Part shown: in pieces, positions 1 to 6,186 of the stretch
Layout of the letters: each line of letters starts with the position of its first letter
Numbering within the stretch: the stretch's first letter is position 1
Source: a virus
Lineage: Duplodnaviria > Heunggongvirae > Uroviricota > Caudoviricetes
Length of the DNA: 8,338 nt
Reading direction: 5' to 3' (one strand)
Virus record (IMG/VR): IMGVR_UViG_2654587792_000032
Coordinates: 1-8,338 of that record
The notes under the pieces: model-generated
What the model saw: the letters and a program-made list of their open reading frames with translations, nothing else
Database searches by the model: none
What the model was told of the DNA's origin: nothing
Made by a program: the position numbers and the translations under genes

Positions 1-486
1 CACCTTTAGCCAATGCTCAATGCGTCTTTCACAGGTTCTTAAACTCCATTCCGGATGTGCATCATTCAGCAGTTCAGCCATTTTGCGCTTAGTCATCCCC
101 CGCCCCACATAACGCTGACTCAGAACATTGAGCAGCCCGGGATAACCTGCCAGTACTTCACCAATAACCCTGTCGATTATTAACGCCTCTGAATCGGTAC
201 AATGTGCCAGCCAGCTTTTTTGATTGCCGTTGATCATATCCCGCAAAAAAGCCTCAAGTTCAGGTTTGTCCAGACCCGCTTTTTTCATCCTCCGGAGCGC
301 CTCGTTAATTGCCGTTTTTGTCAGCTTTTTAGAGGTCAGTAATTGGTTGAACATATTTCCCGTCTTACCGTCGCCAATATACGACCAACGCCCCCACATA
401 CGCAGTTTCCCCTGGATCCAGACACTTTCCAGCGTTTTCAGGCGTAAATGCTCACCGCTTTTGCCTGTAATTTCCGGGTATATCAT
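1..486 (-). CDS. Phage late-gene antitermination protein Q family; C-terminal end runs off the window (at least 162 codons present)
   Basis: ATG at 486 (rc of cat 484-486). The frame stays open to position 1 (checked by hand for the last 40 codons: ...SQRYVGRGMTKRKMAELLNDAHPEWSLRTCERRIEHWLKV). The N-terminal LRMWGRWSY and C-terminal RYVGRGMTKRKMAELL segments resemble Q antiterminators of the DLP12/82 type as I recall them. It lies 8 nt downstream of rusA, the canonical nin-region order. Not in the ORF track because it is open-ended; the + strand ORF 224-568 is its shadow. Confidence 0.7.
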   Translation of the reverse strand, partial: MIYPEITGKSGEHLRLKTLESVWIQGKLRMWGRWSYIGDGKTGNMFNQLLTSKKLTKTAINEALRRMKKAGLDKPELEAFLRDMINGNQKSWLAHCTDSEALIIDRVIGEVLAGYPGLLNVLSQRYVGRGMTKRKMAELLNDAHPEWSLRTCERRIEHWLKV

Positions 487-494
487 ATTTATGC

Positions 495-860
495 TCACTC
501 ACTTTCAATTTTGTAAATCTTCACGCCCAGCCGCCCACCAGAAACGAGCTGACCGCGCACAATATTGATTTCATCAAACTGCTCGTCGTCTATAAGTAGT
601 CCGGCATGCGTAAGCGCATCCAGTGGTGCCTTCAGGATATTGTCCAGGTCGCGGCGGCGCTTATCCGGTGGCTCTGCAATAATCTTTATCGCCAGCCTTC
701 CGGACAGGTTTAATTTCAGCCACTGCTGGCGAACAATAAGTGCCACATCCCGGCGATAACGCTCACCGGCTTTTGACACAAAATATGTGCTGCCACGACG
801 TCGCCAGTAGGTGTTCACCGTCGGCGGGTAAGGCAAAACAAATTCTATGCGTTCAGTCAT
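495..860 (-). CDS. rusA: Crossover junction endodeoxyribonuclease RusA (Holliday junction resolvase)
   Basis: 121 aa. The PYPPTVNTYWRRRG segment, the DKRRRDLDNILKAPLDALTHAGLLIDDEQ block and the GGRL motif match the RusA family (catalytic Asp cluster). Stop TGA at 495-497. Confidence 0.9.
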   Translation of the reverse strand: MTERIEFVLPYPPTVNTYWRRRGSTYFVSKAGERYRRDVALIVRQQWLKLNLSGRLAIKIIAEPPDKRRRDLDNILKAPLDALTHAGLLIDDEQFDEINIVRGQLVSGGRLGVKIYKIESE

Positions 861-1916
861 TCATGCTTTCCACTTCAGGACACCCGAATTTCTCGCGTGC
901 ATTAAAAAACGAATCAGCAACAACAGCTGGCTGCCGTGTTTTTCTTCAAAATCTTTTACCCCGGCGTGCAGTTCGTTATGACATTTACGGCACAGCGGAA
1001 TAACAAACAAATCATCAGCCTTTGTTCCCATACCTCCCAGGCCATGACCAATGATGTGATGCGGATCATCTGCCTGATTACCGCACGTCATGCATTTCTG
1101 CGTTTTTACCCAGCGCGTGTATACAGGCATCTCTTCCCGTTGTGGTTTCTGGCGCTGGAGATACTGAGCCGGTGACTCCGGATCAACGGCAATGCTGACC
1201 ACCGTCTTTTCCTGTGGCGGGTTTTGCTGGTGGGCGTGAGGCAGCAGCGCAAGATTTTTTGTGCGCTGCTTCAGTATGCTGGTGGCGGTCTGCTCTCCCG
1301 GTACGATGTCGCTTTCGCGGTACACCGAGCGGATTTTTTCCGCACGCAATCCCAGAGAACGACGTAATACTGCCTCCGGCAATACGTCCGCTACCTGATT
1401 GCAGACCGCCCACCAGGATAATTCAGCCAGCGATAACTCCCGCTCCTGTGTACCGTTTATTGCGTGGCGGATGACGTCAATCATCCAGGATGTCAGGTTT
1501 TGTTGAGCAAGTTGCCCGAGTGATTCTGAAGTCTGGTCGCGTAACTGATTATCACAGTGCCAGCACAATACCATTGCGCCGGTACCGTAACGATGTATGA
1601 CGGTTTCACTGTGGTGGTAGTCACCATGAGGCCACTGGCAGGATTTAACATGGCGTAACAGCCAGTCAGACAATGCGCCAGCGCCGCCAGCAGCACGAAT
1701 CACCCGCTCATCGCTGAAAAATGGCAGTAATGATTTATCTTCCGCGAGCGGCTGGCGCACGGCAGGAACAGTTCCTGACGGCAGACCGCGCATGCTTTTC
1801 GGTTCCGGCTCCACCAGCACCCGGGGATTATGAAATACCTGCATGGATTCACGGCCCGGCTTAAGGACCACCAGCCCGAGTTCCGGTACCAGAACAGGTC
1901 GAAGTAATACCCGCAC
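861..1916 (-). CDS. ydfU: DUF968 (YdfU-family) lambdoid prophage protein with C-terminal Cys/His HNH-like motif
   Basis: 351 aa with GTG start at 1916. An SD-like GGAGG (rc of 1921-1925) sits inside the 3' end of the upstream ORF. The C-terminus CMTCGNQADDPHHIIGHGLGG...CRKCHNELH is a zinc-finger/HNH-like signature typical of DUF968 proteins. Its stop TGA (861-863) abuts the rusA ATG (858-860), implying translational coupling. Confidence 0.8.
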   Translation of the reverse strand: MRVLLRPVLVPELGLVVLKPGRESMQVFHNPRVLVEPEPKSMRGLPSGTVPAVRQPLAEDKSLLPFFSDERVIRAAGGAGALSDWLLRHVKSCQWPHGDYHHSETVIHRYGTGAMVLCWHCDNQLRDQTSESLGQLAQQNLTSWMIDVIRHAINGTQERELSLAELSWWAVCNQVADVLPEAVLRRSLGLRAEKIRSVYRESDIVPGEQTATSILKQRTKNLALLPHAHQQNPPQEKTVVSIAVDPESPAQYLQRQKPQREEMPVYTRWVKTQKCMTCGNQADDPHHIIGHGLGGMGTKADDLFVIPLCRKCHNELHAGVKDFEEKHGSQLLLLIRFLMHARNSGVLKWKA

Positions 1917-1917
1917 G

Positions 1918-2196
1918 TTACCTCCAGATACGCTGCTGGAATGTGCGGGACGGACGCGGTGGGCGTTCAGAGTAAGGCAGTCTGACTGAGATTATCCAGT
2001 GTCGGAAGTCGAAGCTGAGGTCTTTCTGAAACTCGTAACCACGTCTGCGGTAGTTCTGAATTAGCCACTCTGCCTGCTCTTCAGTACATGGATCATGCTG
2101 GAACCAGTCAGATTTGAATGCATGAGAACGCCGCCCGTGCCTGCTGGCAAAGACGGCTGAATTATCAGAATTGTGTTGTCTGGAATTTTGCGCCAT
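1918..2196 (-). CDS. Hypothetical small phage protein (92 aa), nin-region position
   Basis: ATG at 2196 preceded by GGAGA with 6-nt spacing. Stop TAA at 1918-1920 lies 1 nt from the GTG of the DUF968 gene. No family recognised from the sequence; it may correspond to the small ORF found next to ydfU in Qin-like prophages. Confidence 0.5.
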   Translation of the reverse strand: MAQNSRQHNSDNSAVFASRHGRRSHAFKSDWFQHDPCTEEQAEWLIQNYRRRGYEFQKDLSFDFRHWIISVRLPYSERPPRPSRTFQQRIWR

Positions 2197-2262
2197 CGGC
2201 TTTCTCCGGTGGCACAGTGTTACTCAACAGGGGTTCAGCCCTGCGCTGAATTGTAGATGAAT

Positions 2263-2571
2263 TCACTCATCTTCAAAAGCAGAAAAACCAGCCTTAATCC
2301 CAGCTTCTTTCAGAGACGGCAACGATGTGACAAATTCATTTGCACGCAAAATAAAACCATCCGTCACAAGCCCATCCACCAAATGAATTAACGCAGCTCC
2401 ACTCTTCCTTTGTTGAGACTGTAAACATTTAATACGGCAGTGGCTGACAATAGCGCCATTCTCAACGCGCACAGTATAGAGGCCATCCTCACTAAAAATT
2501 TCACGTAATTCTTCGATTTTCATCAACAGAATCCTTCCAGATAAATAGCACTCCCCCTGTTCGGGGTCCAT
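2263..2571 (-). CDS. Hypothetical small protein (102 aa from ATG 2571; 86 aa if the internal ATG at 2523 is used)
   Basis: Open frame with two candidate starts: ATG 2571 (purine-rich AGGGAGAAGAGGG upstream) or ATG 2523 (GGAAGGA about 8 nt upstream). No recognisable domain. It lies between the cassette terminator and the backbone ORFs. Confidence 0.45.
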   Translation of the reverse strand: MDPEQGECYLSGRILLMKIEELREIFSEDGLYTVRVENGAIVSHCRIKCLQSQQRKSGAALIHLVDGLVTDGFILRANEFVTSLPSLKEAGIKAGFSAFEDE

Positions 2572-2606
2572 CCCTCTTCTCCCTGCGCGCTACTTAAGTA
2601 TTTTTG

Positions 2607-2636
2607 ATTCTATTCTGGCACCGTCCAAAACTTCAA
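2607..2636 (-). promoter_or_regulatory. Candidate sigma70 promoter for the 2263-2571 ORF
   Basis: On the minus strand: TTGAAG (rc of 2631-2636), an 18-nt spacer, then TAGAAT (rc of 2607-2612). It sits immediately downstream of the 2645-2676 terminator. Sequence match only. Confidence 0.3.
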
Positions 2637-2644
2637 ACACGTTG

Positions 2645-2676
2645 AAAATAAAAACAAAAAACCCGCCGAAGCGGGT
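2645..2676 (-). terminator. Rho-independent terminator ending the 216-aa/368-aa operon
   Basis: Minus-strand RNA reads ACCCGC-UUCG-GCGGGU (perfect 6-bp GC-rich stem with a UUCG tetraloop) followed by UUUUUUGUUUUUAUUUU. It starts 5 nt after the stop of the 2681-3787 CDS. Confidence 0.8.
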
Positions 2677-2680
2677 ATAC

Positions 2681-3787
2681 TCAAACAATCTGGAAAATAT
2701 TTCTTGGATTTGTAATAGGTCTGTTGATGGAGAACAACTCACGAATTAAATCTTGGCTCAAGCCAGTTTTCATAAGAATTCTTAGCCAGGTTGCATCATC
2801 CAGCATTTCAATCGCCTCGGCCAGCATACCGGGTTCTTCAGGGCGCAAAAGTTCATCACCAGGTTCAACTCTCGTATACCCTCTGGAATTAAGATGCATA
2901 TAGCCAGTTCTTGCCTGTTCCTGGGTCAATAAGCCTAATGCGCTGGCTCGATAAATACACATTTTAAGGCTGATTTTCCATCTAAGTTTAAATTCAACCA
3001 GAGCATTCCAGTCGAATTGCTTACCTCGTATTCGTGGAAATTCTTTAATGAAAGATAACCTGGGAACTAATAAGGCGCTCGAAAAGTGATCGGCTTGTGA
3101 TTCCGTAAGTTTATCACCTGTCGTTATGCCCTCATGCATTACTAAATGCCCTAATTCATGACCTAAATCAGAGCGAAATCTACATATGCTTTTTTTAACA
3201 TTGTTCCTGATGATAACAGGCCTGTTATTGTGAACAGTAAAAGCATCAACACGATCATCGACTCCCGTAACATGCGCAACGATTACCCCTAAACTCTCCG
3301 CCAATTTAACCATTGATGATATAGGGCCAAGACCTAAATTCCAGGCACGGCGACAATCTTCTGCCACTCGCTCAATATCATTCGGAGTAAGTAATTCAGC
3401 CCCTGGGTGCTCCGGTATGTTAACGTCAGGAAATTCGATTTCACCTTCAACAGCAGAAATTATAATATTAAGAATCTCAGCCCTGGCCAATACACTATTA
3501 GTCAGCGTTTGAGTCCTGGACTTCTTACTCCGAAAATGGCAGACATCACTTTCCAGAGCGTATTTTCGTTCAGTAAAAAGAAAACTGGACTTAATCATAA
3601 GCGCTGAAGATATTAACTCAAGACATTGCTCCGATGGCCTGCACCCCTTCTCCAGTTTGCTAACGAATTGCTTTGTCTTGCCAATTTTTTCGGCTAACTC
3701 TTCACAAGAAAGCCCAACAGCCATTCTCGCTAGTTTGAGCTTATCACCCCGATACTCAGTGAAGTTATTCACCTGATGTTCCATCAC
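2681..3787 (-). CDS. XRE-family HTH DNA-binding domain fused to an ImmA/IrrE-type (M78, COG2856-like) zinc metallopeptidase domain
   Basis: 368 aa. The N-terminal KLKLARMAVGLSCEELAEKIGKTKQFVSKLEKG is a typical HTH_3/XRE helix-turn-helix. The HEXXH zinc motif HELGH falls at residues 210-214 (nt 3146-3160, verified by reverse-complement), followed by ESQADHF as a plausible third-ligand region. The start is GTG 3787 or ATG 3784. It overlaps the upstream 216-aa gene by about 20 nt. Confidence 0.85.
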   Translation of the reverse strand: MMEHQVNNFTEYRGDKLKLARMAVGLSCEELAEKIGKTKQFVSKLEKGCRPSEQCLELISSALMIKSSFLFTERKYALESDVCHFRSKKSRTQTLTNSVLARAEILNIIISAVEGEIEFPDVNIPEHPGAELLTPNDIERVAEDCRRAWNLGLGPISSMVKLAESLGVIVAHVTGVDDRVDAFTVHNNRPVIIRNNVKKSICRFRSDLGHELGHLVMHEGITTGDKLTESQADHFSSALLVPRLSFIKEFPRIRGKQFDWNALVEFKLRWKISLKMCIYRASALGLLTQEQARTGYMHLNSRGYTRVEPGDELLRPEEPGMLAEAIEMLDDATWLRILMKTGLSQDLIRELFSINRPITNPRNIFQIV

Positions 3788-4415
3788 TGCTCACATCCAA
3801 ATCTTTATCCTTCGTACGCCGACGAAGAGGCACCTTATTAATCTCCGCTTCGTCAGGGAGTGTGTTATAATCAAGAGGCATAAGCGGCATCGATGCTGTA
3901 GATTGATGAGAAACTATACTAATCTGAGCACCATAAGTATTAAATCCAACAAGAGCCACCTCCCAACGAGGCAGTGTGGACTCTAATTCACCATCGCCCT
4001 CTTCGGATAAAAAAGGCTCAGCTATGACTCGCCATGTAATATCTTGCTCAGCCTCAACATCACCAAACAATGAGAGTTGCTCATACTCTACTTTATTTCG
4101 ACGCAGACGATGTTTCTTTTTGGGGTTATTAATGCAATCTTTGGTAAATTGTAGCGGAACTTTATTTAAAGCAACTACATAGTCCAACCCCTTGGAAATC
4201 ATCTCAAGGCCAGGAATTGCATCTTCATTTTGAATAAGATGATTTCTGACCCAATCATAAGCCCTTACACCTTCAGACCAGTTGCTGTCTAATGCGTGCT
4301 TATGATAGTACAGCTGCTCAAGTACGTTAGCGATCTCCGCCAACAAGTGGCGAACATAGTTTTCAGCAAGATAAGGTTGAAATTCCCAACAAGGAGCTAA
4401 CTGATTTTCATTCAT
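3765..4415 (-). CDS. Hypothetical protein (216 aa), first gene of a two-gene operon with the HTH-peptidase
   Basis: A single upstream ATG at 4415. The long open frame has an acidic C-terminal tail (EEGDGELE...DEAEI...DKDLDVSSDGTSGE) and a basic patch KKKHRLRRNK. No family recognised. Stop TAA at 3765-3767 lies inside the start region of the downstream gene. Confidence 0.6.
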   Translation of the reverse strand: MNENQLAPCWEFQPYLAENYVRHLLAEIANVLEQLYYHKHALDSNWSEGVRAYDWVRNHLIQNEDAIPGLEMISKGLDYVVALNKVPLQFTKDCINNPKKKHRLRRNKVEYEQLSLFGDVEAEQDITWRVIAEPFLSEEGDGELESTLPRWEVALVGFNTYGAQISIVSHQSTASMPLMPLDYNTLPDEAEINKVPLRRRTKDKDLDVSSDGTSGE

Positions 4416-4450
4416 TTCAAGTTTCGCTTTTTTTAGAATTCGTAAACCAC

Positions 4451-4479
4451 ATATTTTCGCATTTTTCTATTTTTGTCAA
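4451..4479 (-). promoter_or_regulatory. Candidate sigma70 promoter for the 216-aa/HTH-peptidase operon
   Basis: On the minus strand: perfect -35 TTGACA (rc of 4474-4479), a 17-nt spacer, then an A/T-rich -10 AAATAT (rc of 4451-4456). It sits about 35 nt upstream of ATG 4415 and directly downstream of the hok terminator. No strong SD before the ATG. Confidence 0.35.
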
Positions 4480-4487
4480 CCAGACTA

Positions 4488-4512
4488 ATGCAAAAACCCG
4501 CCGAAGCGGGTT
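4488..4512 (-). terminator. Rho-independent terminator at the 3' end of the hok mRNA
   Basis: Minus-strand RNA reads AACCCGC-UUCG-GCGGGUU followed by UUUUUG. The 20-nt core AAAAACCCGCCGAAGCGGGT is identical to the terminator at 2656-2676. Confidence 0.7.
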
Positions 4513-4580
4513 AAGTGCGGGTGCGTTGAGGATGCCTGGCACATCAGAGGTGGCGGGAGATTACTCCCCCGCCGGGTCTC

Positions 4581-4736
4581 TTACTCCTCAGGTTCGTAAG
4601 CTGTGAAGACAGCGACCTCCGTCTGGCCGGTTCGGATTCGTACCTCGCAGAGGTCTTTCCTCGTTACCAGTGCCGTCACTATGACGGTTAAACAGATGAC
4701 GATCAGGGCGATTAACATCGCCTTTTGCTGCTTCAT
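4581..4736 (-). CDS. hokD: Hok/Gef-family type I toxin (51 aa small membrane toxin)
   Basis: Translation MKQQKAMLIALIVICLTVIVTALVTRKDLCEVRIRTGQTEVAVFTAYEPEE shows the hallmark Hok hydrophobic helix and the conserved C-E-V/L and Y-E motifs. As far as I recall it matches HokD/RelF of the Qin prophage. The in-frame upstream extension (ORF track 4581-4793, starting MLYTRR...) marks a mok-like upstream reading frame. Confidence 0.85.
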   Translation of the reverse strand: MKQQKAMLIALIVICLTVIVTALVTRKDLCEVRIRTGQTEVAVFTAYEPEE

Positions 4737-4905
4737 AGCCTGCTTCTCCTTGCCTTTCGGCACGTAAGAGGCTAACCTACGTGTGTAGAGCATAGATATG
4801 GCCTCAGATTAATGTTAAGCGTCTTGCCGGACGCGTAATGTTAACTGGGGCTTTTCTCTATCTGCCTTTGGTGTTGATGCCCGAGGCAGATAGCCTCAAG
4901 CACCC
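4737..4905 (-). promoter_or_regulatory. hok mRNA 5' leader with mok-like start region and fold-back (tac/ucb-type) elements
   Basis: The minus-strand leader GCUUGAGGCUAUCUGCCUC...GGCAGAUAG contains a 9-bp inverted repeat (plus 4858-4866 pairing with 4885-4893). The segment UAGCCUCUUACGUGCCGAAAGGCAAGGAGAAGCAGGCUAUG parallels the plasmid R1 hok leader as I recall it. Confidence 0.5.
4786..4866 (+). ncRNA. sok: Sok-like antisense RNA (approximate ends)
   Basis: On the plus strand, opposite the hok leader: candidate promoter -35 TTGCCT (4750-4755), a 17-nt spacer, then -10 TAACCT (4773-4778). This mirrors the R1 sok promoter arrangement from memory. The transcript would be complementary to the mok start region and extend into the 4858-4893 inverted repeat. 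Ends are inferred, not observed. Confidence 0.4.
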
Positions 4906-4911
4906 GCAGCA

Positions 4912-4940
4912 ATTCTACTTAACTACCGTTACCTCGCCAA
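4912..4940 (-). promoter_or_regulatory. Candidate sigma70 promoter of the hok mRNA
   Basis: On the minus strand: -35 TTGGCG (rc of 4935-4940), a 17-nt spacer, then -10 TAGAAT (rc of 4912-4917). The predicted start falls near GGGTGCTTGAGG, consistent with the 5' end of hok-family mRNAs. Confidence 0.5.
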
Positions 4941-5411
4941 TATGAAATCAATCAGAAAGGTGATCCATAAGAACAACAGCAAGACAATAAATTGCCATTA
5001 CAGCAGCAATAGCCAGCGCACATTTGAGAACCAGCACCACAACCTCCTGTATTGGACGTACACCAGTCCTGATAAATATGAGGCTGTCTCGTCAGTGATT
5101 CAATACAACTACTGGGTATAGTTTCTATGATTTTGTTCTGTGGAAATGGAAAACAGCAACCAGTCACCACCAGCACTTCTTTAAACATGCCAAGTCACAC
5201 GCAAGCCAACATTATAGTTCCCTTTGAGCGAGCAGATGAAGCTAGCAAAAATATTGATCACTTAGGATGCATTACTAACGTTGCTATGTGTTAACGAACA
5301 GGGAGTGGGTCATCAGCATAAATATTTATGCAGTAGGTTTCTTTTAGGACTAGATTAATCAAAAACATTTAGATAAAATTATAAAATCAAGAAATTGGTG
5401 GCAATTAATCT

Positions 5412-5441
5412 TTAATTGTGCCAGCTGAATTTCGTTATTAT
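5412..5441 (+). promoter_or_regulatory. Candidate promoter for the membrane-protein/methyltransferase operon
   Basis: -10 TATTAT (5436-5441) lies about 37 nt upstream of ATG 5479. The -35 is weak (TTAATT at 5412-5417, 18-nt spacer). AT-rich context makes this call weak. Confidence 0.25.
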
Positions 5442-5478
5442 AGAAGATTAGCTTTTTTTTGAGTGTTTGGAGAGTAAA

Positions 5479-6174
5479 ATGTTAGAACCACCAAAGAGTT
5501 ATAATGAAATGTTGCCTATGCTCCATAAGGCGACTTTTATTACTACATTTATATTTTACCTATCATTAGTCATTTATGGCTACATGCCATTGGTTGGCAT
5601 TAATGCCAAGTATATCCCCCCCGTTAAAGACTACGAGGAATTTATTAAATGGATATTAACCTTTGGCATACTACCAATTGCATCTTCAGTTTTTTGGTCA
5701 GTAATTAGTGGAGCTTTAGATCTACATAATAATGTAGCAAAAATTATTGGAATAAGGAAGATGTGGGATAGTCATTTAATTATTAAACCATTAGCAAAAA
5801 TTGCAGGCGTTACGAGAAAATTAACTACTGATGAATCTCACAAGGTAATGAGTAAACTGTATTACCCAGAAGTTAAAGAGTTAAAAGACAAACATTACGT
5901 TGAACTTTTCTGGAACAAAGTTTATTACTTTTGGGTTTTCTTTGAACATACAGTAATCGCATTTGTTACTATTTTAATAATAAGTATCGCCAAATTAACA
6001 AATATATTCTCTGTTACTGGCTCTTTAATTAATCTTTGGTTGTGGATTATTTCTCTTGTCGCATTTGACTTCCTTATTTTCATAGCATCAGTTAAACCAA
6101 GAACAGAAAGCCAAGTAAGACAAATACCTGATAGCAAAATAAAAGAATTCTTTAACAATAACAATATTTTTTAA
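5479..6174 (+). CDS. Predicted integral membrane protein with four hydrophobic helices (about 232 aa), uncharacterised
   Basis: ATG 5479 follows an SD-like TGGAGA (5468-5473); the ORF track starts at an upstream in-frame TTG at 5467. Hydrophobic helices lie roughly at residues 21-40, 57-81, 151-175 and 183-205, with a charged loop in between. Sequence is strongly AT-rich with A/T-ending codons. Stop TAA at 6172-6174. Confidence 0.65.
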   Translation: MLEPPKSYNEMLPMLHKATFITTFIFYLSLVIYGYMPLVGINAKYIPPVKDYEEFIKWILTFGILPIASSVFWSVISGALDLHNNVAKIIGIRKMWDSHLIIKPLAKIAGVTRKLTTDESHKVMSKLYYPEVKELKDKHYVELFWNKVYYFWVFFEHTVIAFVTILIISIAKLTNIFSVTGSLINLWLWIISLVAFDFLIFIASVKPRTESQVRQIPDSKIKEFFNNNNIF

Positions 6175-6186
6175 ACGAGGTTGATT

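Noticed and set aside
224-568. 114-aa + strand ORF from the track
   Set aside because: It lies antisense to the Q-family gene, whose frame is open to the window edge and has recognisable family motifs. The + frame translation is low-complexity with no SD: a shadow ORF.
565-1696. Track ORFs 565-759 +, 740-1003 +, 936-1175 +, 1183-1413 -, 1214-1474 +, 1493-1696 -
   Set aside because: All are embedded in or antisense to the rusA and DUF968 coding regions, which carry clear family signatures. Arg/Ser/Pro-rich translations are typical of off-frame reads of GC-balanced coding DNA.
3407-4182. Track ORFs 3407-3607 + and 3976-4182 +
   Set aside because: Antisense shadows inside the HTH-peptidase and 216-aa genes; no SD, and each overlaps the longer coherent frame on the minus strand.
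4942-5121. 59-aa + strand ORF (MKSIRKVIHKNN...)
   Set aside because: No SD, and its start overlaps the predicted hok promoter on the other strand. No recognisable family. Kept only as a low-probability possibility.
4952-5188. 78-aa Cys-rich minus-strand ORF
   Set aside because: Its poly-Cys/Gly composition arises from GCA/GCT-rich low-complexity DNA. No SD, and it overlaps an alternative + strand frame; judged spurious.
5467-5478. TTG start at 5467 used by the ORF track for the membrane protein
   Set aside because: The ATG at 5479 has a correctly spaced SD (TGGAGA at 5468-5473); the TTG would sit inside that SD, so the ATG start is preferred.
5925-6164. 79-aa minus-strand ORF
   Set aside because: Antisense shadow within the membrane-protein gene; AT-rich DNA readily gives open antisense frames.
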